A stretch of 64,000 nt of DNA from the human T2T-CHM13v2.0 reference genome, Homo sapiens. Both the position numbers and the translations under genes were made by a program. The DNA lies in assembly GCF_009914755.1 (NCBI RefSeq), contig NC_060932.1. One strand, written 5' to 3'. The notes beneath the pieces were generated by a model. It was given only the letters and a program-made list of their open reading frames with translations, searched no databases and was not told the DNA's origin. How positions within the stretch are numbered: the stretch's first letter is position 1; each line of letters begins with the position of its first letter. Shown here one piece after another: positions 1 through 14,094 of this stretch.

Positions 1-25
1 GAGGAGGTGAGGTAGGGTTAGATAG

Positions 26-341
<316 letters not shown>

Positions 342-561
342 GAGAAACAGAATTTCTGATATGTCCTGCAAGTTTCACTGCCAGGCTGACGTTGACACAT
401 TTGGAGTGAATCCTGTTGACTGTATTTCATTTTTGTAGGCAAGCATCCTTGGACTTATGAGGTGGTGATCCTGGTTGGGTACTCTTTCTGGGACTCTGTG
501 ATAAACATTGTCTGAAAAGCCCTAACTTTCTTTTGTCTTTTTCTTCCTTTTATTTTTATAG

Positions 562-924
562 GAAACGTCCTTTTCTAGATCCATTTCTTTGACCCGACCT
601 GGAAGCTCCAGCCTTTCAAGTGGGCCCAACTCTATCCTGTGCAGGGGGCGGCCACCTTTGGAGGAAAAGAAAGCCCTCTGCAAAGCCCCCTCTGTGGCCT
701 CCTCCTGGCAGCCCTGGACACCTGTCCCCCAGGCTGGGGAGAAGCTGCTTCCACCTGGAGACACTTCAGAGGACTCCTTGTTCACGCCTCGTCCTGGGGA
801 GGGCAGCGCTCCTGGGGTGCTGCCCAGCTCCCGGATAAGGCACAGATCGGAGCCCCAGCACCCCAAGGAGAAGCCGTTTATGTTCAACCTTGATGATGAA
901 AACATACGGACCTCTGATGTGTGA
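562..924 (+). CDS. PLEKHA2: PLEKHA2 (TAPP2) final coding exon
   Basis: Pyrimidine tract and AG at 560-561. Frame ETSFSRSISLTRPG...KEKPFMFNLDDENIRTSDV*, ending in the class I PDZ-binding motif SDV typical of TAPP proteins. Order relative to HTRA4/TM2D2/ADAM9 fits. Confidence 0.93.
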   Translation, partial: ETSFSRSISLTRPGSSSLSSGPNSILCRGRPPLEEKKALCKAPSVASSWQPWTPVPQAGEKLLPPGDTSEDSLFTPRPGEGSAPGVLPSSRIRHRSEPQHPKEKPFMFNLDDENIRTSDV

Positions 925-940
925 TGGAGCACAGTGCCAT

Positions 941-960
941 GGGAGGGAGGGAGGGAGGGA
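941..960 (+). repeat. (GGGA)5 repeat
   Basis: Seen directly. Confidence 0.9.
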
Positions 961-1081
961 GGACTTGAGAGAAGGAGGCTGTGACTCAGTTTCTCTACCT
1001 TGTTGGAGGGTAGTCAGAGGCCTTTATGTCACTCATATTCCTGTGGATGCTCTTTGGGAGGGAGGGGCCCATCCAGCTGGG

Positions 1082-1082
<1 letters not shown>

Positions 1083-1119
<37 letters not shown>
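1083..1119 (+). repeat. (TG)18 microsatellite
   Basis: Seen directly. Confidence 0.95.
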
Positions 1120-1124
<5 letters not shown>

Positions 1125-1655
1125 CAACGCAGTGTATTTAATTTGGGGAAGTCACTAGGTTAGAACTGTAGGCATACTCAGTGGAGAGGAAGCTACCTAT
1201 TCTATTCTAACTATTCTGAGGTCTTCCTGGAGAGGGATTGTTTTAGCAGCTCCTCTCCAGAGGGGGCTGGAAGTCCAGTTTCACCAATGACCAAGTTTTA
1301 TTTCCTTGTCCTTGTTTTAGTTTTTTCATTTTGTTTTCAGTCCAGGTGCCTCGCAGCTCTTTTGGAATGGGCCAGCATTAGTCTAATTTTAAGCGCTATG
1401 TGTTTTGTACCCTTGCAAACTTGCTTTCTCTTTCTTCTTGCTGTTGCCCTTTGAATGAAGCCTTGTGTGCTTGCATGATCAGACCCTGTAATAGGATGAA
1501 TTTCCATGCACTTAACATGAAGAGATACAAAAAGAATCTAGAGAGAGATATATATTTTTAATGAAATAGAAGCTTGGCATAGAAACATTGATTTAGATGT
1601 TATGAGTTGCTGGCCAGAGATTCCTCAGATAAAAGAGCCTAGAAAATTGAGTTTT

Positions 1656-1950
1656 GAGCGGGCATGGTGGCTCACGCCTGTAATGCCAGTAGTTTGGGAG
1701 GCTGAGGCGGGTGGATCACCTGAGGTCAGGAGTTCGAGATCAGCCTGGCCAACATGGTGAAACCCCGCCTCTACTAAAAAATATGCAAAATTAGCCGGGC
1801 GTGGTGGTGCAGGCCTGTAATCCCAGCTACTCAGAGGCTGAGGCAGGAGATTCACTTGAACCCAGGAGGTGGAGGTTGCAGTGAGCCAAGATCGCGCCAT
1901 TGCACTCCAGTCAGGGCAACAAGAGTGAAACTCCGTCTCAAAATATAAAA
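1656..1950 (+). mobile_element. AluS in PLEKHA2 3'UTR
   Basis: Full dimer; TSD agaaaattgagt. Confidence 0.9.
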
Positions 1951-2815
1951 GAAAATTGAGTGTCCCACCCAAATTTTAGGGCGTACCTCCTTCCATTTGA
2001 TAAGAAGATGCTATTTCCAGTGTCCCTGGGAGAATTCTTCCATCCAGTTTATATGGTGAATTGCCACCAGCGTTCCCTAAAGGAAGAGAGAACTTAGCTT
2101 ATTTCTGTCTGTGACTTTTATCAGCTAGATCAGTTAATTGTATTTTTAAATTAAAAATTAGTAACTAGAGGAAGAGACTAAGAGAACTATTTTTACCTGA
2201 GTAAATGCTCTCCTCTTCTTGTGTCCAAATCTAATGCAGAGGTGAAAACACTTGATGAGAAAATCCTTTGTGGCTTGAGGGGAATCATGTTTCTTTCAGG
2301 ACGTGTTGTTTCCCTGAAGTCTATGTCACACTGAGAACTTTTTCTGACTGCACTGCTTTGGAGCTATTCATTTAAATTGAGTTTGGCCTAGTTTTCCTGG
2401 TATAAAACAGGAAATCTACATTGTTCCCTCTTTCTCTCCCTTCCATCCCTTCCCCTGCCTTTCCTATACACGCTGGTGTGCTTTTGCCCTCAGAAATTCT
2501 TGGTTTGGGAGTTATGTATTTTTGAGTGATCGAGGTTATGACATACTTGGAGCGGCATGATTTCAAGAAGCCATTCCAAATTCTTATAGCTCCTTAGCTC
2601 TGGTTTTACTCTCGTATTTTCCCCAAGAAAATTTTTTGGCTATTCAAAGAAAGCACAAAATATGTGATGTGGAACTCATGAAAATAGGGACTTTTGATAT
2701 CTCTTTAAATATTCCCTGACTCACGGAAAAGATGTCCTCTTTTGGTGTATACATTGTGAAAATCTACCCATTTATCTCTCTCTCTCTCTTTTCTTTTAAA
2801 TAAATTATCTGATAA

Positions 2816-3134
<319 letters not shown>

Positions 3135-3317
3135 TTATAATAAGCTGATTTGTTTCTTATTCAGCAAGATCTCTTTTGAGAATGTGACAAATTAAACATA
3201 CATAGAATCCATATGGTATTATCCTGATAAAGGGAAACGAGGACACTAAGACTGTCAAATGGAAATCTTCTTGTCAATTGGCAAACACTTGGGAATTCCA
3301 CATTAGAGCATTGCTTG

Positions 3318-3625
3318 TTTTTAATTTTTTTTTTTTAATTTTTAAAAGACAGGGTCTCACTCTCTTACCCAGGCTAGAGTGCAGTGGTGTGATCATAGTT
3401 CATCATAACTTTGAATCTCTGGGCTTAAGCAATCCTCCCATGTTAGCTTCCCAAGTAGCTAGGACTACAGGGTTGTGCTACCACGCCTGGCTAATTTTTA
3501 ATTTTTTTTTATCTACAGAGCCTGGCTATGTTGCCCAGGCTCTCTCAAACTCCTGGCCCAAGTGATCCTCCTGCCTTGGCCTCCTAAAGTGTTGGGATTA
3601 CAGGTGTGAGCCACTGCACCTAGCC
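3318..3625 (-). mobile_element. AluJ in PLEKHA2 3'UTR
   Basis: Diverged dimer. Confidence 0.85.
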
Positions 3626-4079
3626 AGAACATCGTTAATGTAGTTCAATATGAGATAAATTATTATCTTCAATGAAACAAGCTCTAAAAGCATTCCATTC
3701 CTAAATTGTATTTCAAACTTCCTATTTTGTTGATATTTCTTAACTTCTGGCCAGTTTTGGACCATAATCTTTTAATGTGAACCAAAGATGGTACGTATTT
3801 GACCAAAGCAGTTAGTTTTAAATGTATAAAATTGAACCAAATGGAAAAAATAGGTTGGGGATGCAGTATAGATTAGTGACTAAGTGCATAGGCTCTGGAG
3901 TAAATCTGAGTTTTTTTTTTTTTAAAGGAACTAAAAAATGTACTGCATTTTCTTTGTGGAATAAAAGCCTTGCCTGAGTTGTGCTATTTTCATAAGGCTT
4001 TTGAAGTGGTCTTGACCCACTGTGTGTAACAGTATTTCAGGTGGTCCTCCCCATGGCTGAATAATGCCATCCATTATTC

Positions 4080-4245
4080 TTTAATTTTTATTTTTAGAAA
4101 CAGTGTTTCACTCTGTCACCCAGGCTGGAGTGCAGTGGCCTGATCATGGCTCACTGCAGCCTGGACCTCCTGGGCTCAAGTGATCTTCCTGCCTCACAGC
4201 CTCCCAAAGTACTCAGATTATAGGTGTGAGCCACCACGCCTGGCC
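4080..4245 (-). mobile_element. Alu monomer/fragment
   Basis: Monomer-length Alu. Confidence 0.8.
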
Positions 4246-5028
4246 ACCATCTATTACTTTTGAAATCTTCAAAAGACTTGCTTACTCAATGTCAGCTGAT
4301 GGTTGGTAAAAATAATTTGGCCTTTAGTGTTAAGTGAGACATCATAAGGGTATTGAGGTATACATTATGGAGATTGATGTCAGGTCAGAATATTGGAGTT
4401 ATACATCTATTTCTGAGTTGAATACTCAGCTCCCACGAGAAAGAAAGTAGTTTTAAGGTCCAGCTTCTTAGTCTACTTGAAGCAAATTTTTTTTCTTTTA
4501 TATTTCTGAATATAAATATACTCTTATATGGGCTAAAAAGACCCCATGAATAAATAGCAGGTTCAGTAGTTGAGGAGTGGAGTTTAGTAGGTTTGTTTTC
4601 AGTATAAATTAGATAACATGTGGAGGTCACAGCATTTTGGAAATTGAGTGTCCCCAAGTGAGCTTTGTTTATAAACTTTCGAAATGTCGGAAGTGGACAG
4701 GTTTGTTAAATCTTGTCTGCCAGCACCCTTTTCTTCCTTTGTTCCTTTTCCTCTCTGTGTTATTGCCTGCGGCAGCCAGTCCTTCATACTAGATAGAGTT
4801 CAGATAAAGCAAACGTTTGGCAAAAACATACTGTTTGACCTCCTCCCCCTCTGCTTATGAAGGGGTAGCATGATTCTGTGTTTTAAAGCAGTGATGTTTC
4901 AGCTGTGAAATGCACTCGCTGTAAGCTCTAGGCTGAGTGCATGGAAACTGTTACGCTTCTCATTTTATGTGATCTCCTAATTGGTATGTAGCAAAAATTT
5001 TCTAAAACTGTTTTGTGGCTTGTTTTGT

Positions 5029-5034
5029 AATAAA
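5029..5034 (+). terminator. PLEKHA2 distal polyadenylation signal
   Basis: AATAAA in a U-rich context, with downstream GU-rich element (atgtgttttc). Confidence 0.7.
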
Positions 5035-5099
5035 ACCATGTGAAATACTGAAATATGGTCATGTGTTTTCCTAATACTGACCTTCTGACCATGGGTGGG

Positions 5100-5404
5100 T
5101 GAGCTTTCTTATCAGTCTGCCCTCATTGTCGGTTTTAGGGATTTCAGGAGGTAGGTTCCTGCTCCGGGTAGGGCTAGAGACCTTCCCCTCATTGCCTGGG
5201 GGAGAACCTGGCTCCGGGGCGCCGACGGGGGCGGGTGGTAGGGGATGTACGGGTGTGTATATGCAGAGGTATGCCAGGCTCTGCCCCTTAAAGTTTGGGG
5301 GCCGGCGGAGGCGGCGCCGTGGCCGGGAGAAAGTGTCTCTCATTTAGGAGGGTTTGCAGGTCCAGAGTAAAGTCACTGAAGAGTGGAAGCGAGGAAGGAA
5401 CAGG
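5100..5404 (+). promoter_or_regulatory. HTRA4 promoter/5'UTR with GCM1 and GATA motifs
   Basis: GCCCTCAT (GCM consensus RCCCKCAT) at 5119-5126, CTTATC at 5108-5113, GC-rich segments and start of CpG island. HTRA4 is an established GCM1 target in trophoblast. Confidence 0.65.
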
Positions 5405-5970
5405 ATGATTAGACCTCAGCTGCGGACCGCGGGGCTGGGACGATGCCTCCTGCCGGGGCTGCTGCTGCTCCTGGTGCCCGTCCTCTGGGCCGGGGCTGAA
5501 AAGCTACATACCCAGCCCTCCTGCCCCGCGGTCTGCCAGCCCACGCGCTGCCCCGCGCTGCCCACCTGCGCGCTGGGGACCACGCCGGTGTTCGACCTGT
5601 GCCGCTGTTGCCGCGTCTGCCCCGCGGCCGAGCGTGAAGTCTGCGGCGGGGCGCAGGGCCAACCGTGCGCCCCGGGGCTGCAGTGCCTCCAGCCGCTGCG
5701 CCCCGGGTTCCCCAGCACCTGCGGTTGCCCGACGCTGGGAGGGGCCGTGTGCGGCAGCGACAGGCGCACCTACCCCAGCATGTGCGCGCTCCGGGCCGAA
5801 AACCGCGCCGCGCGCCGCCTGGGCAAGGTCCCGGCCGTGCCTGTGCAGTGGGGGAACTGCGGGGATACAGGTGAGCCGCGGGGGCGCGCGCCCTCGGAAC
5901 ACTTTCTAACTCTGGAGGAGCGTAAAGGAACAAGACCTCACTGAGACCGCACAGTTCGCGCCTGGTCCTC
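5200..5970. promoter_or_regulatory. CpG island over HTRA4 exon 1
   Basis: Very high GC and CpG density compared with the flanks. Confidence 0.8.
5405..5870 (+). CDS. HTRA4: HTRA4 exon 1 (signal peptide, IGFBP, Kazal)
   Basis: MIRPQLRTAGLGRCLLPGLLLLL...CRCCRVC...VCGSDRRTYPSMCAL; donor GTGAGC at 5871. Confidence 0.96.
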
Positions 5971-6171
5971 CTGCGTCATTTGCCTCCTGGATTCGACACC
6001 TCTGTGTTCCTGATTTCCTTTCCTCCTTAACAGGGGCTCTTTACCGGCTGCTACGTGGTTTCTCCCTCCCCATGCACCTTTTGAACACTGTCTTGCCTTT
6101 AACATTTTTCCAACTAGGATAGCAGGTCTGGTTCCCTCGAGGCGTACTCTTGAGCCAGTATTTTTTCATAG

Positions 6172-6271
6172 GGACCAGAAGCGCAGGCCCGCTCAGGAGG
6201 AATTACAACTTCATCGCCGCGGTGGTGGAGAAGGTGGCGCCATCGGTGGTTCACGTGCAGCTGTGGGGCAG
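6172..6271 (+). CDS. HTRA4: HTRA4 exon 2
   Basis: AG/GT bounded; encodes RRNYNFIAAVVEKVAPSVVHVQLWG, the HtrA trimerisation/protease N-terminus. Confidence 0.95.
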
Positions 6272-6553
6272 GTAAAGGAGGAGGAGGAAGACCTCCACTG
6301 TCCCAGCTAATGGTTTCTGCGTGCCTACCTGCTCCAGACCCTTCGCAAGCGTCATTTAATCCTAAAAAACCAGTGAGGAAACTGAGACGTAAAGAGGTTG
6401 AATAACCTGTTCAAGGTCATTTAACCAAAGAGCAGAGGCACAAGGATGCTGACTTCTAAATCCCAGCTCCCCCTGCCCACTTAGGTGGCTGGTGCTTTTT
6501 CCCCCTCCTGCCACAGACAAAATTTAAGGTCAGATATAAGAGCTAGTAGGCAA

Positions 6554-6846
6554 TTTCTTTTCTTTTTTTGAGACAAGGTCTTGCTCTGTCGCCAGGGCTG
6601 AAATGCAGTGACAGATCACGGCTCACTGCAGCTCCATCTGCTGGGCTCAAGTAATCCTCCCAACCCAGCCTCTGGAGTAACTGGGACTATAGGCAGGTGC
6701 CACCATACCCAGCTAATATTTGTATTTTTTTGTAGAGACGAGGTCTTGTTATATTGCTCAGGCTGGTCTCGAACTCCTGGGCCCAAACGATCTGCCACCT
6801 TAGCCTCCCGACGTGCTGGGATTACGGGTGTAGCCACCACATCCAG
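6554..6846 (-). mobile_element. AluJ
   Basis: Diverged dimer; TSD tagtaggca. Confidence 0.85.
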
Positions 6847-7270
6847 CTTAGTAGGCATTTTGGTTGTGATCTTGCTCAGCCCCCACTTTGGATACAAGGA
6901 AATCCAGACCCAGAGAGCAGGGTTAATTTGTCCTATGTTACTATGTTACGAGGCCAGTTGGCGGTGGAAACTAAGCCAGAATCAGAGCCCTTTGATTCTC
7001 TCCTGCCTGGGTCCTTGATACTGTGGTAAGAGGCTGACTTTTGCCTCTAGTATTAGGATTGGGTTCAGTCTTTTCGCAGCAGAGAACCCATGGGCTGCTA
7101 CACTAACCAGCTCTGAAGAAGCAGTGTCCCTGGAAAAGGAGAGCTGGACCCCACTCTCAACCATGCTCACAAGAGATGGCTGGGGCCCTGTACCTGCCAA
7201 GTCCACTGATACATGGAGAAAATTTACGCATAGCCAGGGAAAAGTGAAATGTCTGAGAAAACTGAAGGAA

Positions 7271-7565
7271 GGCTGGGTACGGTGGCTCATGCCTGTAATC
7301 CCAGCACTTTGGGAGGCCGAGGCGGGTGGATCACCTGAGGTCAGGCGTTCGAGAGCAGCCTGGCCAACATGGTGAAACCCCATCTCCACTAAAAATACAA
7401 AAATTAGCCAGGCGTGGTGGTGCATGCCTGTTATCCCAGCTACTTGGGAGGCTGAGGCAGGAGCCTGGGAGGTGGTTGCAGTGAGCCGAGATTGCGCCAC
7501 TGCACTCCAGCTTGGGCAACAGAGCGAGATTCTGTCTCAAAAAAGAAAAAAGAAAAGAAAAGAAA
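7271..7565 (+). mobile_element. AluS
   Basis: Dimer with a small right-arm deletion. Confidence 0.88.
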
Positions 7566-7675
7566 ACTATGATGGAGGTATGTTTAATAAGAGTGAGGTT
7601 CCCATGACTCAGATTATATGGCTGTATCCCCTAACTTTCTTGCCCTCTGTTTACACTATTGTCTTGTGGAGACAG

Positions 7676-7880
7676 GTTACTTCACGGCAGCAGGCTTGTT
7701 CCTGTGTACAGTGGCTCTGGGTTCATAGTGTCTGAGGACGGGCTCATTATTACCAATGCCCATGTTGTCAGGAACCAGCAGTGGATTGAGGTGGTGCTCC
7801 AGAATGGGGCCCGTTATGAAGCTGTTGTCAAGGATATTGACCTTAAATTGGATCTTGCGGTGATTAAGATTGAATCAAAT
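7676..7880 (+). CDS. HTRA4: HTRA4 exon 3 (catalytic His and Asp)
   Basis: [20 protein letters not shown]...DLAVIKI; AG/GT bounded. Confidence 0.96.
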
Positions 7881-8069
7881 GTGAGTATTTCAGGGCTGAG
7901 TCAGAGTCTACATATTTGGGGATTTTTATCTATTTGCTGATATTTTCTGCCCCACTACACTCTCACACCACATCTTTTCTGTTGAATATATGCTTTTCTC
8001 TGGTTTCTTTCTGTTCTTTACTCCCTCTTTTATTTATTTGCTTCAACGCCTTTCTGTATATCCCTAACC

Positions 8070-8376
8070 GTTTCTTTCTTTTCTTTCTTTTTTTTTGAAA
8101 CAGTCTCCCTCTGTCACCCAGGCTGGAGTACAGTGGCTCAATCTCAGCTCACTGCAACCTCTGCCTCCTGGGTTCAAGTGATTCTCCTGCCTCAGCTTCC
8201 TGAGTACCTGGGATTACAGGTGCCTGCCACCACGCCTGGCTAATTTTTGTACTTTTAGTAGAGACTGGGTTTTACCATGTTGGCCAGGCTGGTCTCGAAC
8301 TCCTGACCTCAAGTGATCCGCCCGCTTCGGCCTCCCAAAGTGCTGGGATTACAGGTGTGAGCCACTGCGCTTGGCC
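8070..8376 (-). mobile_element. AluS
   Basis: Full dimer. Confidence 0.88.
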
Positions 8377-8604
8377 TCTAACTGTTTCTATTAACTATCA
8401 AGCAGTCTTTTTTTTTTTTTTTTCCTCCTTCAACAAATGCTGCTTCAGGGAAAATTATTTCTCTACTTGTCTTAGGATATCAGAAATTACTGCGATGGAC
8501 TCAAAGTTGCTAAGGAATACTTTGAAGTCCTTCCTACACATAGTACTGGTAGTCTGCACATCACATATATTGACATGGTGTCTGAGAGCTTTTTAGAAGT
8601 TCAG

Positions 8605-8705
8605 AGTCTCAGCCTTTACCCAGATAGATGTGCTGACTCAGAATCTGCATTAACATAACATCCCTAGGTGATTTGCATGCACATTACAGTGTGAGAAGTG
8701 TCACC
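8605..8705. mobile_element. MER5-type fragment
   Basis: tcagaatctgcatt..ccctaggtgatttgcatgcacatt. Confidence 0.55.
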
Positions 8706-9093
8706 CTGGGTGATCTCCTTTCTGTTTGTGGCTTATTCACTTTGACTGTTAAGCTTTGAGCTGGAATGGTGCTGTGTAAATTCCTAATGTCAGTTTATGT
8801 TCATCAGTGACTTCACTGGCTGTTTACTAATAGTAATTTCTACAAAGTAATTGTTTTAGATCTTAGAAATGATCCTAGTCATCTTAACACTCAAGAGCTT
8901 CATGGTAGTTGGACTTTGAGGAAGAAGTAGAAGGCAATCATAGAAGCTGTGTGAGTGGGTGCTTCTCAGGTGGTAAGGGCCAAGGTGATAGAGACAGCGT
9001 CATATATGTGTTAGACACACACTTTGGTCAATTCTGATCGTGATTTGTTCTTTACCCTTTCTGTCCTCCCCATCCCTTTTTGGGCACGTGCAG

Positions 9094-9288
9094 GCTGAAC
9101 TTCCTGTACTGATGCTGGGAAGATCATCTGACCTTCGGGCTGGAGAGTTTGTGGTGGCTTTGGGCAGCCCATTTTCTCTGCAGAACACAGCTACTGCAGG
9201 AATTGTCAGCACCAAACAGCGAGGGGGCAAAGAACTGGGGATGAAGGATTCAGATATGGACTACGTCCAGATTGATGCCACAATTAAT
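9094..9288 (+). CDS. HTRA4: HTRA4 exon 4
   Basis: [39 protein letters not shown]...YVQIDATIN. Confidence 0.96.
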
Positions 9289-9303
9289 GTAAGTCACTTA
9301 GGA

Positions 9304-9635
9304 CAGAGGTGCCCAACCCATGGGCTGTGGACCAGTACAGGTCCATGGCCTGTTAGGAACTGGGCCGCACAGCAGGCTGTGAGCCATGGGCGAGTGAGAA
9401 TGACTGCCCGAGTTCCACCTCCTGTCAGATCAGTGGCGGCATTAAATTCTCATAGGAGTGCAAACCCTATTGTGAACTGCGCATGCAAGGGATCTGGATT
9501 GCATGTTCCTTATAGAATCTAACTCATGCCCGATGATCTGAGGTGGAGCAGTTTCATCCCAAACCACCCCTCCGTCTGTGGAAAAATTGTCTTCCACAAA
9601 GCCGGTCCCTGTGCCAAAAAGTTTGGGGATTGCTG
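9304..9635 (+). mobile_element. MER1B hAT-Charlie MITE
   Basis: CAG..CTG terminal inverted repeats; perfect 8-bp TSD ACTTAGGA at 9296-9303 and 9636-9643. Confidence 0.85.
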
Positions 9636-9855
9636 ACTTAGGAGGCCTTTCCTCAGATCACACAATATTGGCAGTTCAGTGAGAAGAATATGTCAGAGTG
9701 AACTTTGGGGATGTCCAGGTTTGGTTGAATCACTGTGGGAGGAATGGAATGCCACTTTGTTAGAGTCTGTCTCGTTCGCTGTGATCGCTGGCATCCATGC
9801 TATTAGGTGGTCTGTTGTAGAGGTCACCCCTCCTGTAAGAAGGTGGTGGTCCCTT

Positions 9856-10152
9856 GGCCAGGCACGGTGGCTCATGCCTGTAATCCCAGCACTTTGGGAG
9901 GCCGAAGGGGGTGGATCATGAGGTCAGGCATTCGAGACCAGTCTGGCCAACATGATGAAACCCTGTCTCTACTAAAAATACAAAAATTAGCTGGGCATGG
10001 TGGCGGGTGCCTGTAATCCCAGCTACTCAGCAGGCTGAGGCAGGAGAATCACTTGAACCGGGAGGCAGAGGTTGCAGTGAGTCGAGATTGCGCCATTGCA
10101 TTCCAGCCTGGGCAACAGAGTAAGACTCCGTCTCAAAAAAAAAAAAAAAAAA
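9856..10152 (+). mobile_element. AluS
   Basis: Full dimer; TSD gaaggtggtggtccc. Confidence 0.9.
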
Positions 10153-10355
10153 TGAAGGTGGTGGTCCCACTGCTATAGTTCTTTACCTACACTGACTTTG
10201 GTATTGGTGATGATAGGGGCACAATTTTGCCGGCCTGGGGGGAATAGGAGCTTGGTGGGCTGCTTTTGGTAAACTGTTTTGGGAGCTATGTGTAAAGGAC
10301 AAGGGGGAATGTATTCATTAGCTTCACTGATGTCTTTTTCAAATTCTGCTTTTAG

Positions 10356-10388
10356 TATGGGAATTCTGGTGGTCCTCTGGTGAACTTG
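10356..10388 (+). CDS. HTRA4: HTRA4 exon 5 (catalytic Ser)
   Basis: 33 nt encoding YGNSGGPLVNL; tttag acceptor and gtaagt donor. Confidence 0.96.
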
Positions 10389-10453
10389 GTAAGTGATCAC
10401 TTTCCTTGTTGCTTCATGTTTCTTCTTAACTTTCAAAGACTTTATTAATTCCA

Positions 10454-10578
10454 GGCCAGGGGTGGTGGCTCATGCCTGTAATCCCAGCACATTTGGGATG
10501 ACTGCTTGGGGCCAGGAGTTTGAGACTAGCCTGGGCAAGACAGCAAGACACCATATCTACAAAAACAAAAACAAAAAA
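10454..10578 (+). mobile_element. FLAM/Alu left monomer
   Basis: Monomer with A tail. Confidence 0.8.
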
Positions 10579-10796
10579 GGACTTTACATATTCCATGATG
10601 CAGACTTGGGTGCCACTCTTGTGTAGAGAGCTGTGGAATGGTGCTTTTCTGTTCTTGGACCTTAAGTCAATAGTTAGAAAAAATTCAAGATTGTTATCCT
10701 GGTGTGTGATCTCATCCCACTGAGAACACTAGGGTTCTAGCTCCGGCTTCCTTTGAAATTTCTCTCTTCCCCGTGCTTTCTGTTTTCATTGGCTAG

Positions 10797-11015
<219 letters not shown>

Positions 11016-11586
11016 TAGGTCCTTGAAGACTCCTTGATGCTGCATATGAAGAACTATCTCTCATTTAAAAATGCTAATTACATAATGTCATCTGTCCAGG
11101 TTTTTAGTCTTGACCTCTTGACCTGCTTATAGATGAGAGAAAAGCCACAACCAGCACTCCTGACTTCAAGTGAGCTGCCTGCCTTGGCCTCTCAAATACA
11201 TTGCCGTGTCATGTATTCTTAAATTGTATTCCGTGTCTCTAGTGGAAATGTCAGGGTTTCTAGTTGCCCAAATACATGTGAAAACCTAAGAGAGTGCAAT
11301 GCTGTTTGACACATAGCATGTGATCATCCTTTCTGAGTCCCTTTGCACTGATTGCTTTTGGTTCCTGTTTAAATATTACATTTGCTTTTAGAATGAATTT
11401 TATGCAAAATGATTGTTTTTTTTTTTTTACTCATAGCATTGCATGTCATTTTTCTTTGTTTTGTTCCTGCCTTCTCCATTAGACAATGAGTTTACTAGAG
11501 CAGGGATGAAATGCAGAATTTCAGGCCATACCCCCGACCTACTGAATTACAATCTGTAGTTTAACACAATCAGAAATCTCTTTTCT

Positions 11587-11929
<343 letters not shown>

Positions 11930-12165
11930 CTAAAAGGCTAAAGGAAGATGAGGTACATAAAGAGGAAAATATTTTCTACCTCATACCTTTAGCTTAGCAG
12001 AGCTTTGTTCCCTAAGGTCAATTTTGCTAATTCTCAGTGCAGTGTTACTGACAATCCCACAGCTTTTTACCTTTTCCATGTTTATTTTTACTTTTAAATA
12101 ATAAAAAGGCAAATGCTCCTTGTCCTTCTACCTTTGTCAAAATACAAACTGTGGCTCACTTTTAA

Positions 12166-12520
<355 letters not shown>

Positions 12521-12794
12521 ATGAGCTCAAGATTTTAAAAAGTCCTCAGCATCCTTGATCCTTTGGCCATGAAAAGAAGGTAACTTCTGCGCATGTGCAG
12601 TTACCCTTTGCTGTCCCATCACACTATTTGCCCTATAAAGGAACATCCGTTGCTCTCTTTTGAAGTACAAAGTTCCTCTCGGCCCTGTTTTCTGACCCTA
12701 AGTAACTAGCTTCACTCCTTCTTCTGCTTGTTCTGGTCTTGCACTCATCAGTTTGCAAAACTTCATGACTGAATGATGTCCCCTCCCTTGCCAG

Positions 12795-13359
<565 letters not shown>

Positions 13360-13639
13360 TGAGCAGCAATATTGGGGGACTAGGCACAAACCAAGCATGA
13401 GTTGTACCCAGAAGTATTTGGATTGAGCTAATGTGGAAATGAAACCCAGGGGCTGGAGGTGGGAGGTGGGTGGGAGGAGTGTAAGTGCTAATGACAAAGG
13501 TTCTCTGAAGCCTGTGTTTCATCCAGGTAACCTGAAAGGACAGCTGTGATGGCAAAGAGATCCTGGGACATGGGTGTCTTTTAAGCTGCGCTAACAGGAA
13601 AGAGGTTTTGTTGTAACACATCATAACTTTCCTTTCCAG

Positions 13640-13697
13640 GAAAGGCGTTTTCAAATAAGAAATATCTGGGTCTGCAAATGCTGTCCCTCACTGTGCC
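13640..13697 (+). CDS. HTRA4: HTRA4 exon 7 (PDZ start)
   Basis: KAFSNKKYLGLQMLSLTV, containing the YLGL carboxylate-binding loop. Confidence 0.94.
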
Positions 13698-14094
13698 GTA
13701 AGCATGTGTTTGAATATGTCTGGGTTGTTTTTCAGAGGCAAAAACCATAGCTGCACAGTCTTAACAGAAAAGCTGAGCCACTTGGACCACAGCCAGGTAC
13801 TCTTGTGACCATAGGCCCTATCTGTCTCAGGGTATGTATCTGCCTCTGCCTGCATCAGCACTAACTATACATAGTTTATTTCATTGTGGCTGTATTTTAT
13901 AATGTCCAGTGGTTCTAGGCTTTGGGATAGAGGCTCAGCCCGAACTGAGAGGAGAATGACTGTGATTAGCTTGATGGAATCTTCCTCGGCCCTTGTGAAC
14001 CTTGAGCAGAACAGAGTACCTACTAAGAATTTCAGGCTTTTACCAGGGCTCAGGAGACTAATTCATTGTTTCCTAATCTTCTCACTTCTCTTAG

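Noticed and set aside
5071-5944. Overlapping GC-rich ORFs and a TTG-initiated extension of HTRA4 from 5354
   Set aside because: Stop-codon scarcity in the CpG island; the ATG at 5405 directly precedes the signal peptide.
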